This document shows, piece after piece, positions 46,901-60,400 of a stretch of DNA of 64,000 bases. A program made the translations under genes and the position numbers. The notes under the pieces were generated by a model. It did not search any database. It worked only from the letters and a program-made list of their open reading frames with translations, and had not been told where the DNA came from. The stretch's first letter is position 1, and every line of letters begins with the position of its first letter. Source of the stretch: Raillietiella orientalis (lineage: Eukaryota); contig JAYWIR010000027.1 of NCBI GenBank assembly GCA_036172245.1, positions 1,178,001 to 1,242,000 of the forward strand. Direction: 5' to 3'.

Positions 46901-49900
46901 TCTTAGTTGTCGGGATTGCATTGCACTAATTTTTTTTCTTCTGTTAACGAGTACCAAGTTCTAAATCGAAATCGATTCCATTCGAGGAAGCTGCAGGGCG
47001 TTCGGATGCGACACACTCGCACGGATTCCGTTTCCGTGATGGAGACGAGATTAAGCGGATTCGATTACCTCACATTTGCTTTCGTTTCGATCCTCGGAAT
47101 CCAGGTCGGGAGGTCAGCATGGCCCCCGCTCTGCGACGCCGGAGGACGACGGCCTGCCGGAGTCCGGCCCACGGAGGCCGAACCTCTCCGTCCTCCCGCG
47201 GCAGCGGTGACTTCCGCTTTCCCACCGCCGCAGAGCTCGAGATGGCTTCGCGGAACACCGAAGATGCTGCTGGGTGTGCTTCGTGCTTTCGAAACGGGAA
47301 GAGACCTCGGAGGTTCCCGCATTTCGCGGATGCTCGCGTCCGGATCGATCAGTCTGAGCTCCGCATCCAAAAAAAGACTAAACGAAAATTGACGTTCGAA
47401 TCATCGCTTCTCGGCCCGTTGGCTAAGATCAAAGTGCCGATACATTCGCGAGCTGCTTGTTCCACGGTTTCCCATAGTGATGTCCTCACGAAGAAGCAAA
47501 AAGGGCTTCCTAAGGAGCCAAAAAAAGGCATTTCATGGCATTTCTGGGGATGTAAAATACCCCAAGATTTACAGCCATGCTGTGCGGGTCAAGCCAGCTG
47601 ATTCCCGGTTGCCATGAGAACCACCGTACCAGAAATCTTCGTGGGTAAAGGGTCAGCGCAGCGAGGATTCTGGAACTGAATGATGCTCTGCAAAGTGCTC
47701 CCTCTTGCTGCCCACCAACACCAGACGCGTTATTTCGAACCAGGAACGCTCGCGAAATGCACCGGCAGGACCAAAGTCCGGAAAAAAGTTTTGGCGCGAA
47801 GCGAGCGCTTGAAGCGATCCGATTGACCACTCGGAGCGCTTCCCCGCGTCGTCACCTCAGGCGAACCTGCAGCCCATCTTTCCCGTCGTTTCAAGGAAAC
47901 CTGGTGAAGCAGAGAAAATGGTGGACAGCTCGGTGGAAAACATTATGAGAACAGCTTGAGGAAACAGCGTGATAATAACAAAAGAAAATTGCATTTTCTC
48001 CCGTCCTTGCTGATCAAAAGGCTGGAAAAAGACAAAGAAAGAAAAAGATTGTCACTTTTTTCCGAGAACTTGCTTGCAAATGAAGCTGTCTTCGCATGAC
48101 GAGGAAACTAAAGTCCCAAAGGAAACTAAAGTCTCAAACTTTAAAGCTGAGCTGATGAAATCGGTCGGATGCTTCCCAAACATCCTCAATAGCAGAAGCG
48201 TGTTTTTGAAGGGCGACGCGCCTCGCAAGGTGCGCGCGGCTCCATGGTGACGGAAAATAGCACTTCATTCATCCCCCACTGCCCTCGTCCGCATCCGATT
48301 CAAAGAAGAAACAGTGAAACACGGGAAAGCTCATTATCTGGCTCTCGACGTTCAAGTGATTAAGCAAACTGAGCCGTGCGGGCGGCGGAGTGGGAGCCTG
48401 GAAAAGCGCGGGATGCTCCGGGAGGCCCCCAGGAAAGCGCGATCAGGACTTCCTCGCAATATGCCACGAAAATAAAATGACGGCCGGAATGAAAAGGGGG
48501 AACGGAAAAGGCGGAGAGACCGAGGCTATCGGTGCGAAGACGTTTCCAGCATGCTAGGAGGTGGTTTCCATGGCGTTGGACCGACTTTCCGCCATCCCCA
48601 GGGCTGTTCACGCTGACAGACAACTTTCTTCAAAACGGACAAGAAATCATAGGGCGCCTTGCTGCGTGGGTCTCACATCCGCATCGCATCCCAGCTGCAC
48701 CTATCGTGCAGCACCAAATATTTGCAATCGCCGTGGTGGCCGTCGAAATGCCATGGAGAGGACCGGTCGGATAAGATAGCACGCAGGCGAACAAGATAGA
48801 AACCGGATGATCCTTGCACTAAAGATGCAAAGGAATAGTGGTGTACATAATGTGTTATATTGGATTATCCGCTTCTTTAATTGTCACCTCCGCTTGCCAA
48901 GGACACCCAGTAGACACTATGGATTATACACATGGATAATATCATAGTATCTACAAAAGATATAAAGTAGAGAGGTTGTAGCAGCAACATATTATTCACT
49001 TCGAAACGAAAAGGAAAAAACAGTACAAGCGTTTGAAGTAAAAAAAAAAAAAAAAAGCAAAAGCGTTTAGAGGTTTTGTTGCTAATATTCCATGGAAACG
49101 ATTCCATAGATTCAGCTCTTTTCTTCCTCAGGGTTGCGAAAAGCGTATCTTCTTGCGCCACTCCGCACACGAAAACTCGAATGAAGCAGAATCCAACCTA
49201 CTTAAATGCTCCTTTTTTTTTTTTTAAACGCAGCAGCTGAGCCGACACCACATCACAGAGCTGAAATTTATAACCACAGAGTTGCAGCAGCCGGTTTCAA
49301 CGCGCGCCGCCATTTTTCCGTCGTGTACGCCTTGAGGAACCTGGCGCGGGTTGCCATCAGAAGATCATTTACTGATGCAGAAATACGCTCTTCGCATTTT
49401 GTTATCGGGAGGTGACCTGCGAACGATGCGACACACAAATGTCACGAGACAGTTGCATGCATAAATAAAATCTCTTATTTTTCTATACCCAGCTGCATGA
49501 ATATGCAGACTGGAATGGAACTCTTCCATCGAGTCCATCCTCTGCAAGCTGGAAGAGGGGAGAGAAGTTGCCGAGGCGCGGGGAATGCACTCCGACCTGG
49601 AGGGAAGTGTCGATTTGAACCTGCTGGTGGCTTCCGCAAGAGGAACTCAGTGAACGTTCGTGCCGCATGGCATCGTTGGTAAATCACTGCGAGCCAGGAG
49701 AGGGTCCGCTAGGGCCTCCGGGAGAGGAAAGGGGACTTAGGACGCGGGAGGAAGGGGAGGGGCACACGCGCGCGCTCCGCCAGTTTACACCTTTAGGCTC
49801 CATTTCTAGACGACTCAGGTCGGTTTCCAATCAGCGCTGGATTCGTCACGCCACTTTCCGAGAAGGGGGATTCCTCACGCGTGGGGAAAGAGTCAGAATT

Positions 49901-52717
49901 ACAAGGAAGAAAGGACAAAACACGAGGGTCAAAACGCGTGCCTTGAGCTCTGAGACCGGTGCAGAGGCCGGTACGTCGAAGCAGACCTGCGCGTCGCACC
50001 CGATTCGGGTGCGGGCAGCGGGAAGCCTCGTTTCTGGATAGGCCCTTGTTGGTGGGTCCGTCTGAAGCGAGCTTCTCTGCCTCTATGGCCGGCCTTCTGC
50101 CTGCACCATGGGGACAGACAGCGGGGGACAGGTCTCGCGGTCCCGTCTCCATGGGTCCACGGGAACGTGGGTTCCGGAGGGGAGGTGGCCTCTGTCCGAC
50201 CCTCGCGTAGCAGCGACCCAGATGCGGCGGGGTTGCGCCCTCCCGCGAGTGACGAACTCTGCCCTTCTGCCGGGTTACTCTTCGAGGTGCGCTATCCTTC
50301 CTCCCCGCTCTCGCACGTATCCTCGGCAACGCTCGCCGCTTCTTCATCGGGAGGAATTACGCTCATTCCCGAATGGATGCTGCCCCCGATCTCTTCCCGG
50401 TGCCAGGTAGAAGGGGATGGGAGTGCGTTCCTCTTTTCCTGCTGCTTCGGAAGAAGAGTGCGCTCTCTTACCGGGAGCGGAGCGCCCAAGGAAGATGCTG
50501 CTACTGTTGGATTTCGGAGGCGTGGGATGATCGGGATGAAGCGCAGTCCTTCCCACTCGAAAGCGGGGAGCGCCGGAGGCTCTCTTTGTTTCTCTCCTTT
50601 CCCCCGGAATCCGGGACAGAAAAAGCCGCTGCGTTCTCCACCCCGATCCCATGGAGTGATGCTGGAGGACGCGGCTCGAGGCCGTCAGCGGCTTCTCCGT
50701 GATTCCGACCTCTTTCTCCGCTCTTCCCCTCTCTTTCGATCGCTCCTCATTCTCATACCTTTCTTTCTTCCCTTCTCTTTCCCTCCCCTGATTGCTCTTC
50801 TTTGGTGCTTCTGAGTGGCAGGGACATTCTCGTTAACCGCCCCTTGTAAAAGAAAAGCTGATCCCTTTCTCCTCCATCTTTCGTTTCCCTTCTTCGGAGG
50901 TCTGTATCGGTCGCTCCCTGAAGAAAGGACCGGACCTTTTTGCCTATGCTCTCCCGTGAAAAAACCCCTACCGACGGGGAATAGGAAAGGAGAGGGAAAG
51001 AGAGAGAAGACGCCATCTGAGAAACGAAAAAAAAAAAAGAGAATACCCAGTAGGAGATGAAAGCAGCCGCGAACAGCTCCCGCCTGTGCACTCCAGCCAA
51101 GAGGGGAGACACGAGAAGGAACTGAGCCAGGAGAGCAGGAGGACCTACCAAAAGACCACGTTAAAAACTCCAAAGGACCCGTCGCCGAGAACAGCCCTCA
51201 CAAATTGCTGTGCTGGAGCCATACGGAATGTACCATGAAAGCCACGGGAGTTTTCCAGGCCGAGGAAGGCACGCGATCCAGGGCACGGCATCAGTAAACG
51301 TCGCGTCTGTTGCATCAGACTGCTTGCCTACGTTGTTTGCTTAGATGCCTGCCCTGCATTGTTGCCTTGATTCGCATTATTGCCGACGTATTCGAGAAGC
51401 CCTCGACAGCTTCCAAACGAAGACGTCGGCTGAAGGACGTTCGGTTCCCCTGAAGGTCGCACAGGGACCGTCCACGAACCTCCCCTTCATCTTCCCACGG
51501 GCTGGGGGAAAGAGGAAATCTCGGGGCGTTCGTTCTGGGTTAGGAAGGAAAGTTCGCGAAGGTTCGCGTCTTCGATCAGAGGGGAGATCACCTGGTTCCC
51601 CAGGACGCGGACTGGAGCCGAGACACAGGGGGCAGCGGTCCGAAGCCCGGAGCCCCGCTCTTCGTCGCCCTACCCCCCTCGTGCCTCTCCCTCCCTCAAT
51701 TATTTTGTCACCGGAATGATTTCCCAGTGAGCGCCTTCGGAGGTCGCCTCCGGGGAGAGGTGATTCCACGCTCTCTGTCTGGCGGTTCGCTGCCTTCGCT
51801 CCCGGTGTTCCAGCGCACTTCGTGGGCAGTCGAAGGTGGCCCTCCTGTCTTGGCACGATCCTGGGGAGCTTCCCCGGGCCGAAGCAGGGCATCTCAAGAA
51901 AATTGCTTCTCGCTGACCCTCTCAGGGGTCGTCTGGTCTGGTCGTGTGTGAGGCGGAGATGTGGTGCGATGCGGGTGAGGGCAGCTGCGAGGGCGGGATG
52001 CGACGGCATCCTCGCAGCCCTCCCGGATTTGCACCCTTGAGGGGCCTCCGGAAACGCGGGAGGAAGGAGAAGGGAGGAGGTCCGGCCATCCCAACTTGAT
52101 CTCCCTTCTGACGCGGGAGGGGACGATGCTCTCCCTGAAGCATCCCTCCGTCGGAGTCCGCTGTCCCCCTCTTCCCTCCCCTCCTCTGTCACTGAAGACG
52201 ACGTGGAAGGGAGAGATGATGGTGTTCGTGGGCCGGTACCGGGGAGGAGAGCCGTTCCTGTTGGACGGCGAACATCAAAGGGCTGAGGAAGAGGCGGAGG
52301 GCCGTCTGCCATTGCCCACCAAGAGGGAAGAAGCGGGAAAAATGGAGGGGCGCCGAGAGAAAGGCAAGGCGCCGCCTGCGCACCCAGGAAAGGCACGGAG
52401 CGAGCAGGTCCATCCACCCAGTGCGCCTTCTTCCGGGTGAAGAGGGGAGGGGGAGGTCGCCGGCTCCGCTGCGGCGAGGGAGCCGGAAATTCCCTTCCGC
52501 CCGAAGCGGGGAGGAAGCAGAAAAGAAGCGGCGGTAACCATAGCGACCACTGCGAGGGTCGACGACGGCGGCGCCACCTCTCCGGTCGTGCGTACGGGCC
52601 GCAGCCTCTCTTTTGATCGAGGAGGAGGAAGGGCGCCACCTTGACCCTGACCTCAACCAGGGAGGCACCTCCGCCTGCACCTCAGGCAGGAGTTCTTCCT
52701 CCCTTCCCCCCTCCTGG

Positions 52718-53457
52718 CTGCTTCTCCGGAGAACGCACTCGCCCCTTTTCTCCTTCCTCCCGGGAGGAGAATCTGCCGTGGGGCGATGTCTCGGGAGCAC
52801 CACCGTCTCACGCTGTTCCATTTCTCCCTGTCCACCCGTTGTCACGGAAACGGCGGAAAGTCCTTCCCTGTCCTCCGCTCCAGCTCCCCACTCCCGAGGT
52901 TCAGGAGAGAAACTTCGTGATCTCAGGATCCCTATCCGGGGGGGACAATAGAGGGTGGGGTCGCGACCTTCCCCGACGCAGCCTGAGGCGCCTCCCTCCT
53001 CGATCCGCGCCCCCATCCACCGGCCCGATGCCCCCCTAGGGAGGACGGAGGGGAGGGGGAAGAAAAAGCAGGGAGCAACCGTACCTTCAGGAAGGAGCGG
53101 CCGGCGCCGTCGTCATCGTAGGTCCTGACGATCCCTGTGCTGACCGTGTTCATGGGGAGGTTGGGTCGCGATCCCCACGATGCGGGACCTTCTCGTCCTC
53201 GCTCGCTGGGACTCTCTCGAACGACGGCGACGCTCTCCCAGCACGGGAATCCTCCCCGTCCGGCGGGATTCGGAGCGAGCGGGGCGCAGGTGCGGGAGGC
53301 GGCGCCGCGGCAGGAGCCGCGGGACATGGAGGAGCAGCGATCCTTCCGACGAAGGGAATTCGGGAACCTCCGGAGGGGGCGCCCTGCTTCCTGGAGAGCG
53401 CACTCGCCCTTTTCTCCCTCCTCCTGGGAGGAGAATCTGCCGTGGGGCGATGTCTCG
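52718..53457 (+). repeat. Dispersed ~75-bp direct repeat (52718-52793 and 53384-53457)
   Basis: Shared core CGCACTCGCCC(C)TTTTCTCC..CCTCC.GGGAGGAGAATCTGCCGTGGGGCGATGTCTCG. Confidence 0.9.
53085..53153 (-). CDS. DPP10: Probable first coding exon of the DPP10-like gene (MNTVSTGIVRTYDDDGAGRSFLK)
   Basis: ATG at 53153-53151, 23 codons, ends AAG|GTACGG in phase 0, which fits the phase-0 exon-2 acceptor (..FLK|DLIAS..). Short cytoplasmic N-tail of the size expected for the family; total length would be 804 aa. Linkage across ~25.8 kb is inferred. Confidence 0.55.
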
Positions 53458-54209
53458 AGAGGCGCAAGGGAAGAGGCCGCCTAACCCGCCAACCACAAAG
53501 CCTTAACCACAAAGCCTCCGACGCGGGCCTGCCAAGGGGGGTTGGCAGGGCAGATAGTCGGTAGGCTTCCTCAGAGCCACCCGAGGGGGCACGGCGCTCT
53601 CTGAGCCGCGCCACGCTCGAGGCGCCCCTTCAAGAATGTGTGGAGGGGGGGAGGAGCAAGCGGGCACCGTCCGACGGCAACGCTCGCGGAGCTCCACTCC
53701 CTGTGTGTCCATGGCGACAGCGAACGGCGTGCGGACTCGCCCTCAGGGAAGCGCAAGGATTTGCTCCCATGGGTGGCCTCTCTCCAGCGCCACGGGTGCA
53801 GGTCGGGCGGCGGAAGGAATCCCTTCCTCGCATCCCTGCCAACTTCCGCCCTCCCCCGCCGGAGGCGATGCTGCCGCCGCGTGTCTTTCGCTTCCTGGCG
53901 GCCTGAGCAACTACTCTGGAGACCCCCTCGCAGGTCCTCCTTCCCGATGGCTCTATGCTGCCCCTCCTCTGGACGCTCGGGATCGCTCCCTGGGCGCGCG
54001 CGCTCTCTAGAGTGGTTGCCGGAAGGAAGAAGGCGAAGAGACTCCCAGAAAGGAGCATTATCATCCCGTGGCGCACAGGCCTGGTTCTTTCGCGCTTCCG
54101 CACGTTGCATCGCGGTTCTCTCGAAGGGGATGGCGCTTCCTCCTCGTTCCTACTGCACATTACAAGAATGCCGTCCTTTCGCAAAGATCACGACGAGGAG
54201 TGGGGGGTC

Positions 54210-54410
54210 TAGGAAGAAGAGGAACGGATAAGAGGCAAGAGGAATAGGAGGAGGGGAAAGAGGGAAGAATATGAGCGTAAGAAAGATGAGGATGAAGAGG
54301 AAGAGGAGGACAAGGAAGATGAACATAAGGATGAAGATGATGGGGAGGAGGAGGAAGAAGGAAAGGAAAGAGATAAGAAGGTGAGGAGGAAGTGGAAAGG
54401 CATAGGGGGA
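54210..54410 (+). repeat. Purine-rich (GAG/AAG/GAT) low-complexity tract
   Basis: Almost pyrimidine-free run. A similar tract lies at ~63190-63345. Confidence 0.8.
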
Positions 54411-57400
54411 GCGTTTGGTTCTGGCCATGTTGAGAGGGAAATGCTTAGGCGCCCCTAAAGATGGAGACTTTGAACAGCCAGCATCGAACGTTTCACGAAC
54501 GAGAAGAAGAACCGTAGATGTGCTCGGCTTGCAACTCCTCCTCCAGGGTGAGCGCGCGCGTCCGTTTTTTTTTTTTTTTTTTTCCTACTCCAGATGCTGA
54601 GCTGAGCATTGGGGACGTGCGGGGGGGGAGAGAGCAGTCAGTCGAAAGGGGTGGATCCACCGAAGAATGCTCCCGGCGTCCGAGCTGAGGCGCTCGCGGT
54701 CGAATCCCCCGTGCAGGGTTTTTGAAGCAGGCACCGCAGGCTGGCTCCCGGGGTAAACCGCCGCGCGGTCAGGAGCTTCGCTCGGCGGCGCATTTCACCT
54801 CGAAGACTGCCCGAAAAAGTCTTTCGTTCCCGGATGCGCATCCAGACGCTGGACGGGAAAGGTAAAAAAAAAAAAAAAAAAAGGCAAATGAAAGATGCAG
54901 GGCAGGTAGCCGGGATAACGGGACGAGGGGGGAGGAAAATGAGGACCATCATGCTGTCAGAGGCTGCTCCACAAAATGTCAGAGGAAACAAAGGGCGACC
55001 ACAGACGAACGCTGCGTAACGACCAATCGCAATCAGCACAGGCCATAAATCAGGAGCGGAGCGTCCCGAGGACACGCCGACAATACTGGAGCCGCGCTCG
55101 GCTTGATGGGCCGAATGGGCTCGTCCTATTGTGAGATAATGGGGCAGGCAGAGCGAGGGACGCCTTCACAGGCCGTCCTGCTTCCTCCTTGCCCGGCGCA
55201 TGCACCCCCGGCTTTTCACGTGGCCACGAGAGGGAGTGCACGCGATCGGGGCGGTGCGTCGCAGGACCAACGCGCAGGAGTTGGAAGCCGCGTCTGCGCG
55301 TAGGTCCGGGACACGCGAGCTCATTCTCTTCGGGCCGGCCTAGCAGCGGCGGGAGAGCAGGTGTCCGTCCGAGAGTCCCGAGGCGAAGGCAGCGAAGGAG
55401 CGTTCCATGGCGACGTCCACAGCTCCGCCCCGAGGTGGTAGCAGCAGCTGCGGAAGAACTGGCGAGCAGCTCCGGAGACTTCTTCGGAGCTCCGCTCAGG
55501 AGGACAAAAATCCCCTGATCGGTTTACATCCCGTTGTCATGCCGCGCAAATAAAAAGGGGAAAGGGGGAGGAGAGAAGATTTTCTTCTGAGGGATCGAGC
55601 GAAGATCTGCCTGGTTACGAAGGAAAGAGCCGAAAGTTTCCTCCTCCTCCTCGACAGTGCGTCGCGGAAGAAGCGATCGCCGGAAGCGCGAATTTCCGAA
55701 CCGGGACTTTCCTTCCCCTTTGCCGCAGCTGGCTGCTTCGCTGCTGACATGTCGGGACGCGGTGGGGGCTGGAACGTCCTTCCCGGCAGCTTCCTGCAAG
55801 AGAGGCGCAGCGAGGCGGTTCTCCCTCGGGGGCGCACGGGCCGCCCGCATCCCGGCCTTGCAGAGCTCTTCGCGGGAGCGGATCCGGCTCGAAGCCACGG
55901 ATCTCATTCCGTCTGCCGAACCTCCTCGGCATCCTCGAAGACGGGAGAGAAGCCGACCGAACCTTCAGGCTCCCGGAAACGCTCTGGACAAAGGACACCA
56001 GGGTTGAGGCTCGCGTTCAGCCATCCTTCCGCATCCTGCGGTGTCACTTCATCATTTGTTTTCTCACGTAAGCGTTCGTTGCCATGGAGCTGGAGTGTCG
56101 ATGAGCTGGTAATCGCTTGGCGATTCGAAATTTGACAAATTTGAAACGAGTTCCAATCGATTCCCGGTTCGATTCCAGCGATTTCCTGCTCGAATCGTCA
56201 GAAACGCAGGTAAAACAATGGACGGCCGCCATGTTTACCGCGCGCGCAACTTGGCGCGCAGCAGCGTGCAGGAAGACGGTGTGTGCTTTACTTCCGGTCA
56301 ACCTGACCACCAGTGAACGCACCAAACCCTGCACACACTAGATCGCGCCACGAAGGGGTCTGGGATTCAAAGGAGCTCCCCCAACGGGAAAATTTTCGGG
56401 AAGACGCCATGACGGTGGCCATCTGCGGGAGAGGACAAGAAGCCCCAGCGAGGACGGAAACTTCGAGAAGAGCAAAAGGGGGAAAGCCCGTCCTGATCCA
56501 TACTTTCGGCACGAACACGCATCGCGAACGCGGACCCCCCAAAAAACAGATAATGAGGAAGCATAGATAATGAGCACAGATAACGAGTGCCGAGGAAGAG
56601 ATGTCAGCAACGTTACTGCATCTTGTGGTGGCCGAGCGTTCGTACGCGACGTCGCTTCGTGATGCGGTGACGGCGGTCCCTACGGCCCCGTTCCACCCAC
56701 GAGCTCTTGCACGGATGGCACCCTATTCCTTTTGAAACGGATGCTGGTAAGTGTTCGGTATGGACCACACCGGCGGCCCGCCCGCAGCCCACACGTGGCC
56801 CGTAGGCACAAAAAAAAATTATCCACCACCGATACGAAGTATCCTAAATTACAAATCTCGGTTGAAGCGAACTGGATTTCCAGTTGTAATTGCACTGATG
56901 GTTTTTCAAAGTACTGCTCATTACAGACAGTGATACCAAACGCATCATGTAATCCCCCCACAAAAAAAATCGTGATCAGAACATTACGCATTCACGCAAG
57001 CGTATATCTACGTGCGCACGTGTGTACATGTGCGGTCTTATATTGGCAAACGTTTGCAAATAAATGCGCAAGTACAGATGTATGGCTAAATTTATATTCA
57101 TAGCGGCCATTCGTTCCACTCGTTTCAATTTTCACAGATGATTCGTTTGACTGAGCATTATGGCAACAAATAACTTTGAAGTATGTTATCCTTTACGGGC
57201 TGATGGCAGGCAATCAGCTTATCCCTTGGTACATCAGCTCGGAAAAATTCATACGCGGCTGAAGCACACACACACAAAAGAAATCGCATTCCAATCATAT
57301 GTTGTAATTCTAAAATTTTTGCCCGGTGGCATTTCTAAAGCTTGCACGGGAAGCTGCTGGAGAGGGAAAAACGTTGGCTACCTTGGAGAGCCTTTCAGGA

Positions 57401-60400
57401 GGGAAGCTCTAAAAGTAGTCATAACCAACTCACAAGCTTACGTTACTACTGGCTAATGAGAATGACGTAAAGGAAGGAAGACGACAGTCTAGGCAGTTCT
57501 CAAGGGTCACCTGCTGCCCGCTGCAACCGAAGGATTTCCAACCCATACTGCAAGCGGTTCGAAGGACTCGGGCACTTCCCACTGACTCCACAAATCATCC
57601 GGATGCAAAAAAAAAAAAAAAAACCCTCTTGAAAAAAATAATCGGAAATGACACCCTCGACCGGATGTTCCACGCAATGTCCTTTGAAAGATCGCCTGCA
57701 GTGTCCCTCGTCTGAATCACGACTGAAATTCCGTGCCAGCTCCTACTCTGCGGGGTGGGGGAGTGGGGACCACGCCTCGATTTCCCCATGGGCCTGTAGG
57801 GAAGCGCTGGGTCAAGCATGCCCGGCCGATCGAACCAGCTGCACCCCACGCTACTCGGGCGAATCGATAGCAAAAGGTCTGCGGTTAGCCTCCATCACCC
57901 GTGACCTGCTCCGCAGCGCTCACGACTGCCTGACTCACCCAATGACGAAGGCGCGCGGGATTCGGACGGCACGTTCGCCACCAGCAGAAAGTCTTCGTGG
58001 GTTCATCGTTGGGAGCGGCATTGTTCCATCAGTAGCCGGTGGGCGGATGCTTTCCTGTCAGAGGCGTGTTGTGCGAGCCCTCGTGCAGATTTCCTCTAAC
58101 TGAGCACGCGATGTGGAGGACACAGGAGCCACCACTCGCAGGGGCCTCTCCGAGCGCCCCAGGCGCCGCTGCGTCCATCGTGGCGGAGAGAGGACTCTGC
58201 GACCGACCCCTCATCAAGCGGTTCCGTCCCCGACCCTCGGCATCTCCTTCCAGGTGGATCCCAGACTCGCCCGGCGGCGGACGGCTGCAGCTTCCTCCGC
58301 GCCGAAGATGGCCGCCTCGGCAAGCGGTTTCTCTTCCGAGTGGCGCGACGCGGTGATCGGGTGCTGGAAGAAGCCAACGGACGCGGAAGATGCGTGACAG
58401 GGGGGAAAGGGGAGGGGAGAGTTTCCGAACGGACTCTGGGGATGCTCCTGAAACACCTCCGACGTTCTCTCGCAAGCAGAATCATTTGCAGCAGTCCTCC
58501 ATCCCACGCTTTATCTCTCGGAAGGAGCAAAGGACTGCTCTGCGCAGTTCTAATCTGGAAGCGGCTGCGAAGAGCAAATGAATGAAACGCAGAGATGCCG
58601 CGAGTATCGGCACATCTCCATTAGGGAGAGATTAATGGACGGGAGCAAGATTAGGGAGAGCTCTTCAGGATAACATGCAGTTTGTCTCTGGAGCGTTTTC
58701 TAATCAGGAAGATTTTCGAAGGAAACCTCGGCAACCCGCAGGGGGATGAGCCATGGAACGGTGCGCGAGGTGTTCAGGAAGATGAAGAGCATGCAAGAAA
58801 CGCATTCTGGGCAACATTCTGTGGGCGAGGGATCAAGGGAAGATGCCTGATGGAGCCGTACGTCTGGACCCCCACCATCGTCCCCGTCTCTGCCTCCTCC
58901 TCCTTCTCCCCCCCGCCCTTCCGTCGCCACCAGCCTTGTGAACACATGGAGGCGGTGATGGGCCTTCCGCACGGATTCTCGATGGACCGTTCGAACTCCA
59001 TCGGGTGGTTCCGCCCAGCAGCATTCCGCCAACGTGGAGAACGCAAGGAAAGGCGGCGGCAGCAGCATGACGATATCTACGAATCAAACGAAAGTGGTGT
59101 AACACCAGCGGATGCGGTTGCTACGATTCAAAGACCGTCGATATGACTCATCTGATTCTTAGTGCAAGTGTCTCCCAATCCCGTTTGCTGAATTGCAGAC
59201 AAGTGCTTATTGTACGGTACGCTTCCGAGTTCAAGCTGCCCTGTTCTGTATGTGAGCCAACGGAGTTTACGATCGGCCTGGCAGCTGCGAGGACCGAGGG
59301 TCCGATGCGGTTTGTGGTCGAACTGGCCATGCAATTCGAAAGGATGAAGGACGAAAAGATTAGAGTCCGTTTCGTGTCGCCCTGCGCCACCTTTTCCTTG
59401 AAGCCCGCTTCGCGAGCTGGCTGGAGAGGAATGGCAGAGCCATCCACTCACGAGGGTTCGAAGTTGAGTCTCCAACAGACGCCTCCATAATGAGGCAGCA
59501 GCTCGCGGTAGGGAGCAGGAAGCTCCTAGAAAAGTTCCAGCATGTTGTCCTGCCCCCTCTCCCCGGCCACAACAGCTGCTCGATTTTAAAGTGCACTTGA
59601 GCTGACAGAATCACCAGTCGTCCGGGAGAGGAGGACTTGCAAAATTCCGCCGCGGATCTAGAAGCCACAGCTGATCAGATCTGATATGGGGAAGAAAAAG
59701 TTTCAAACAGACCGCTTTAGGACCTGCTGTTACATTCCAGGAGTCAAAATGGTAAACAGGAAGCCCTGGAGCCTCTCACGGAAGGCTGGTCCTCCGATGT
59801 CTTCACTGAACACACCTTGTCTCCTGGACAGGACGAGAGACGTGTCCTCACACTAAGTCACGTACTCTTGGTGAGAAACCGATGGCTGAATGCTGCACCA
59901 TCGAATGGTGCGGATACCGGCAACAACCTGCCGGAATCTTTCAAGGCTGCAGCCGGATTTTTGCAGAAGAACTGGAGATTGCTCTCGACGCAAGCCATGC
60001 AGCAAGTGCCTGATTGAGCTGCAGATGACCATCACCATGAGAACAGGAGCGCAGAGAAACGTCCCCAAAACACAGAATTCTCTTAGAACAGCAGATTGAC
60101 CGCTACACAATGAGCGGAGACTACGATCGACTGAGCAGGTCCGGAGTGCCAGGTCGCGGCCTCCCGGCAATCAGACAGACCCGAGCCCGCCGATGCAGAG
60201 ACGGAGGTTCGAGGGACTCCCTCTGCCCCTCCACTACCCTCTGCTCACGCGGCCCGCACCATCGACGGTGGTCACCGCTCGCTCGCGCAGCGGACGAACC
60301 CGCAACTGGCTACACCTCGAGTGCTGTTCACCAGACGGCGATCGTCATGCTGGCGAGTCGTCGGGCTCCCGAAACTCCTGATGGAGTCGCTTGCTACCCG

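Noticed and set aside
51377..52639. 420-aa minus-strand ORF (and similar long ORFs such as 25764-26729 and 61885-62793)
   Set aside because: P/R/G/S-rich with no domain motif; several overlapping frames are equally open, as expected at high GC.
7098..57622. Numerous 12-26 nt poly-T/A and poly-G/C runs
   Set aside because: Scattered homopolymers with no consistent TSD or element body; lengths may also be sequencing-dependent.
59490..60086. Coding-looking plus frame with 4 internal stops
   Set aside because: The stop deficit is modest for this GC content and no family was recognised.
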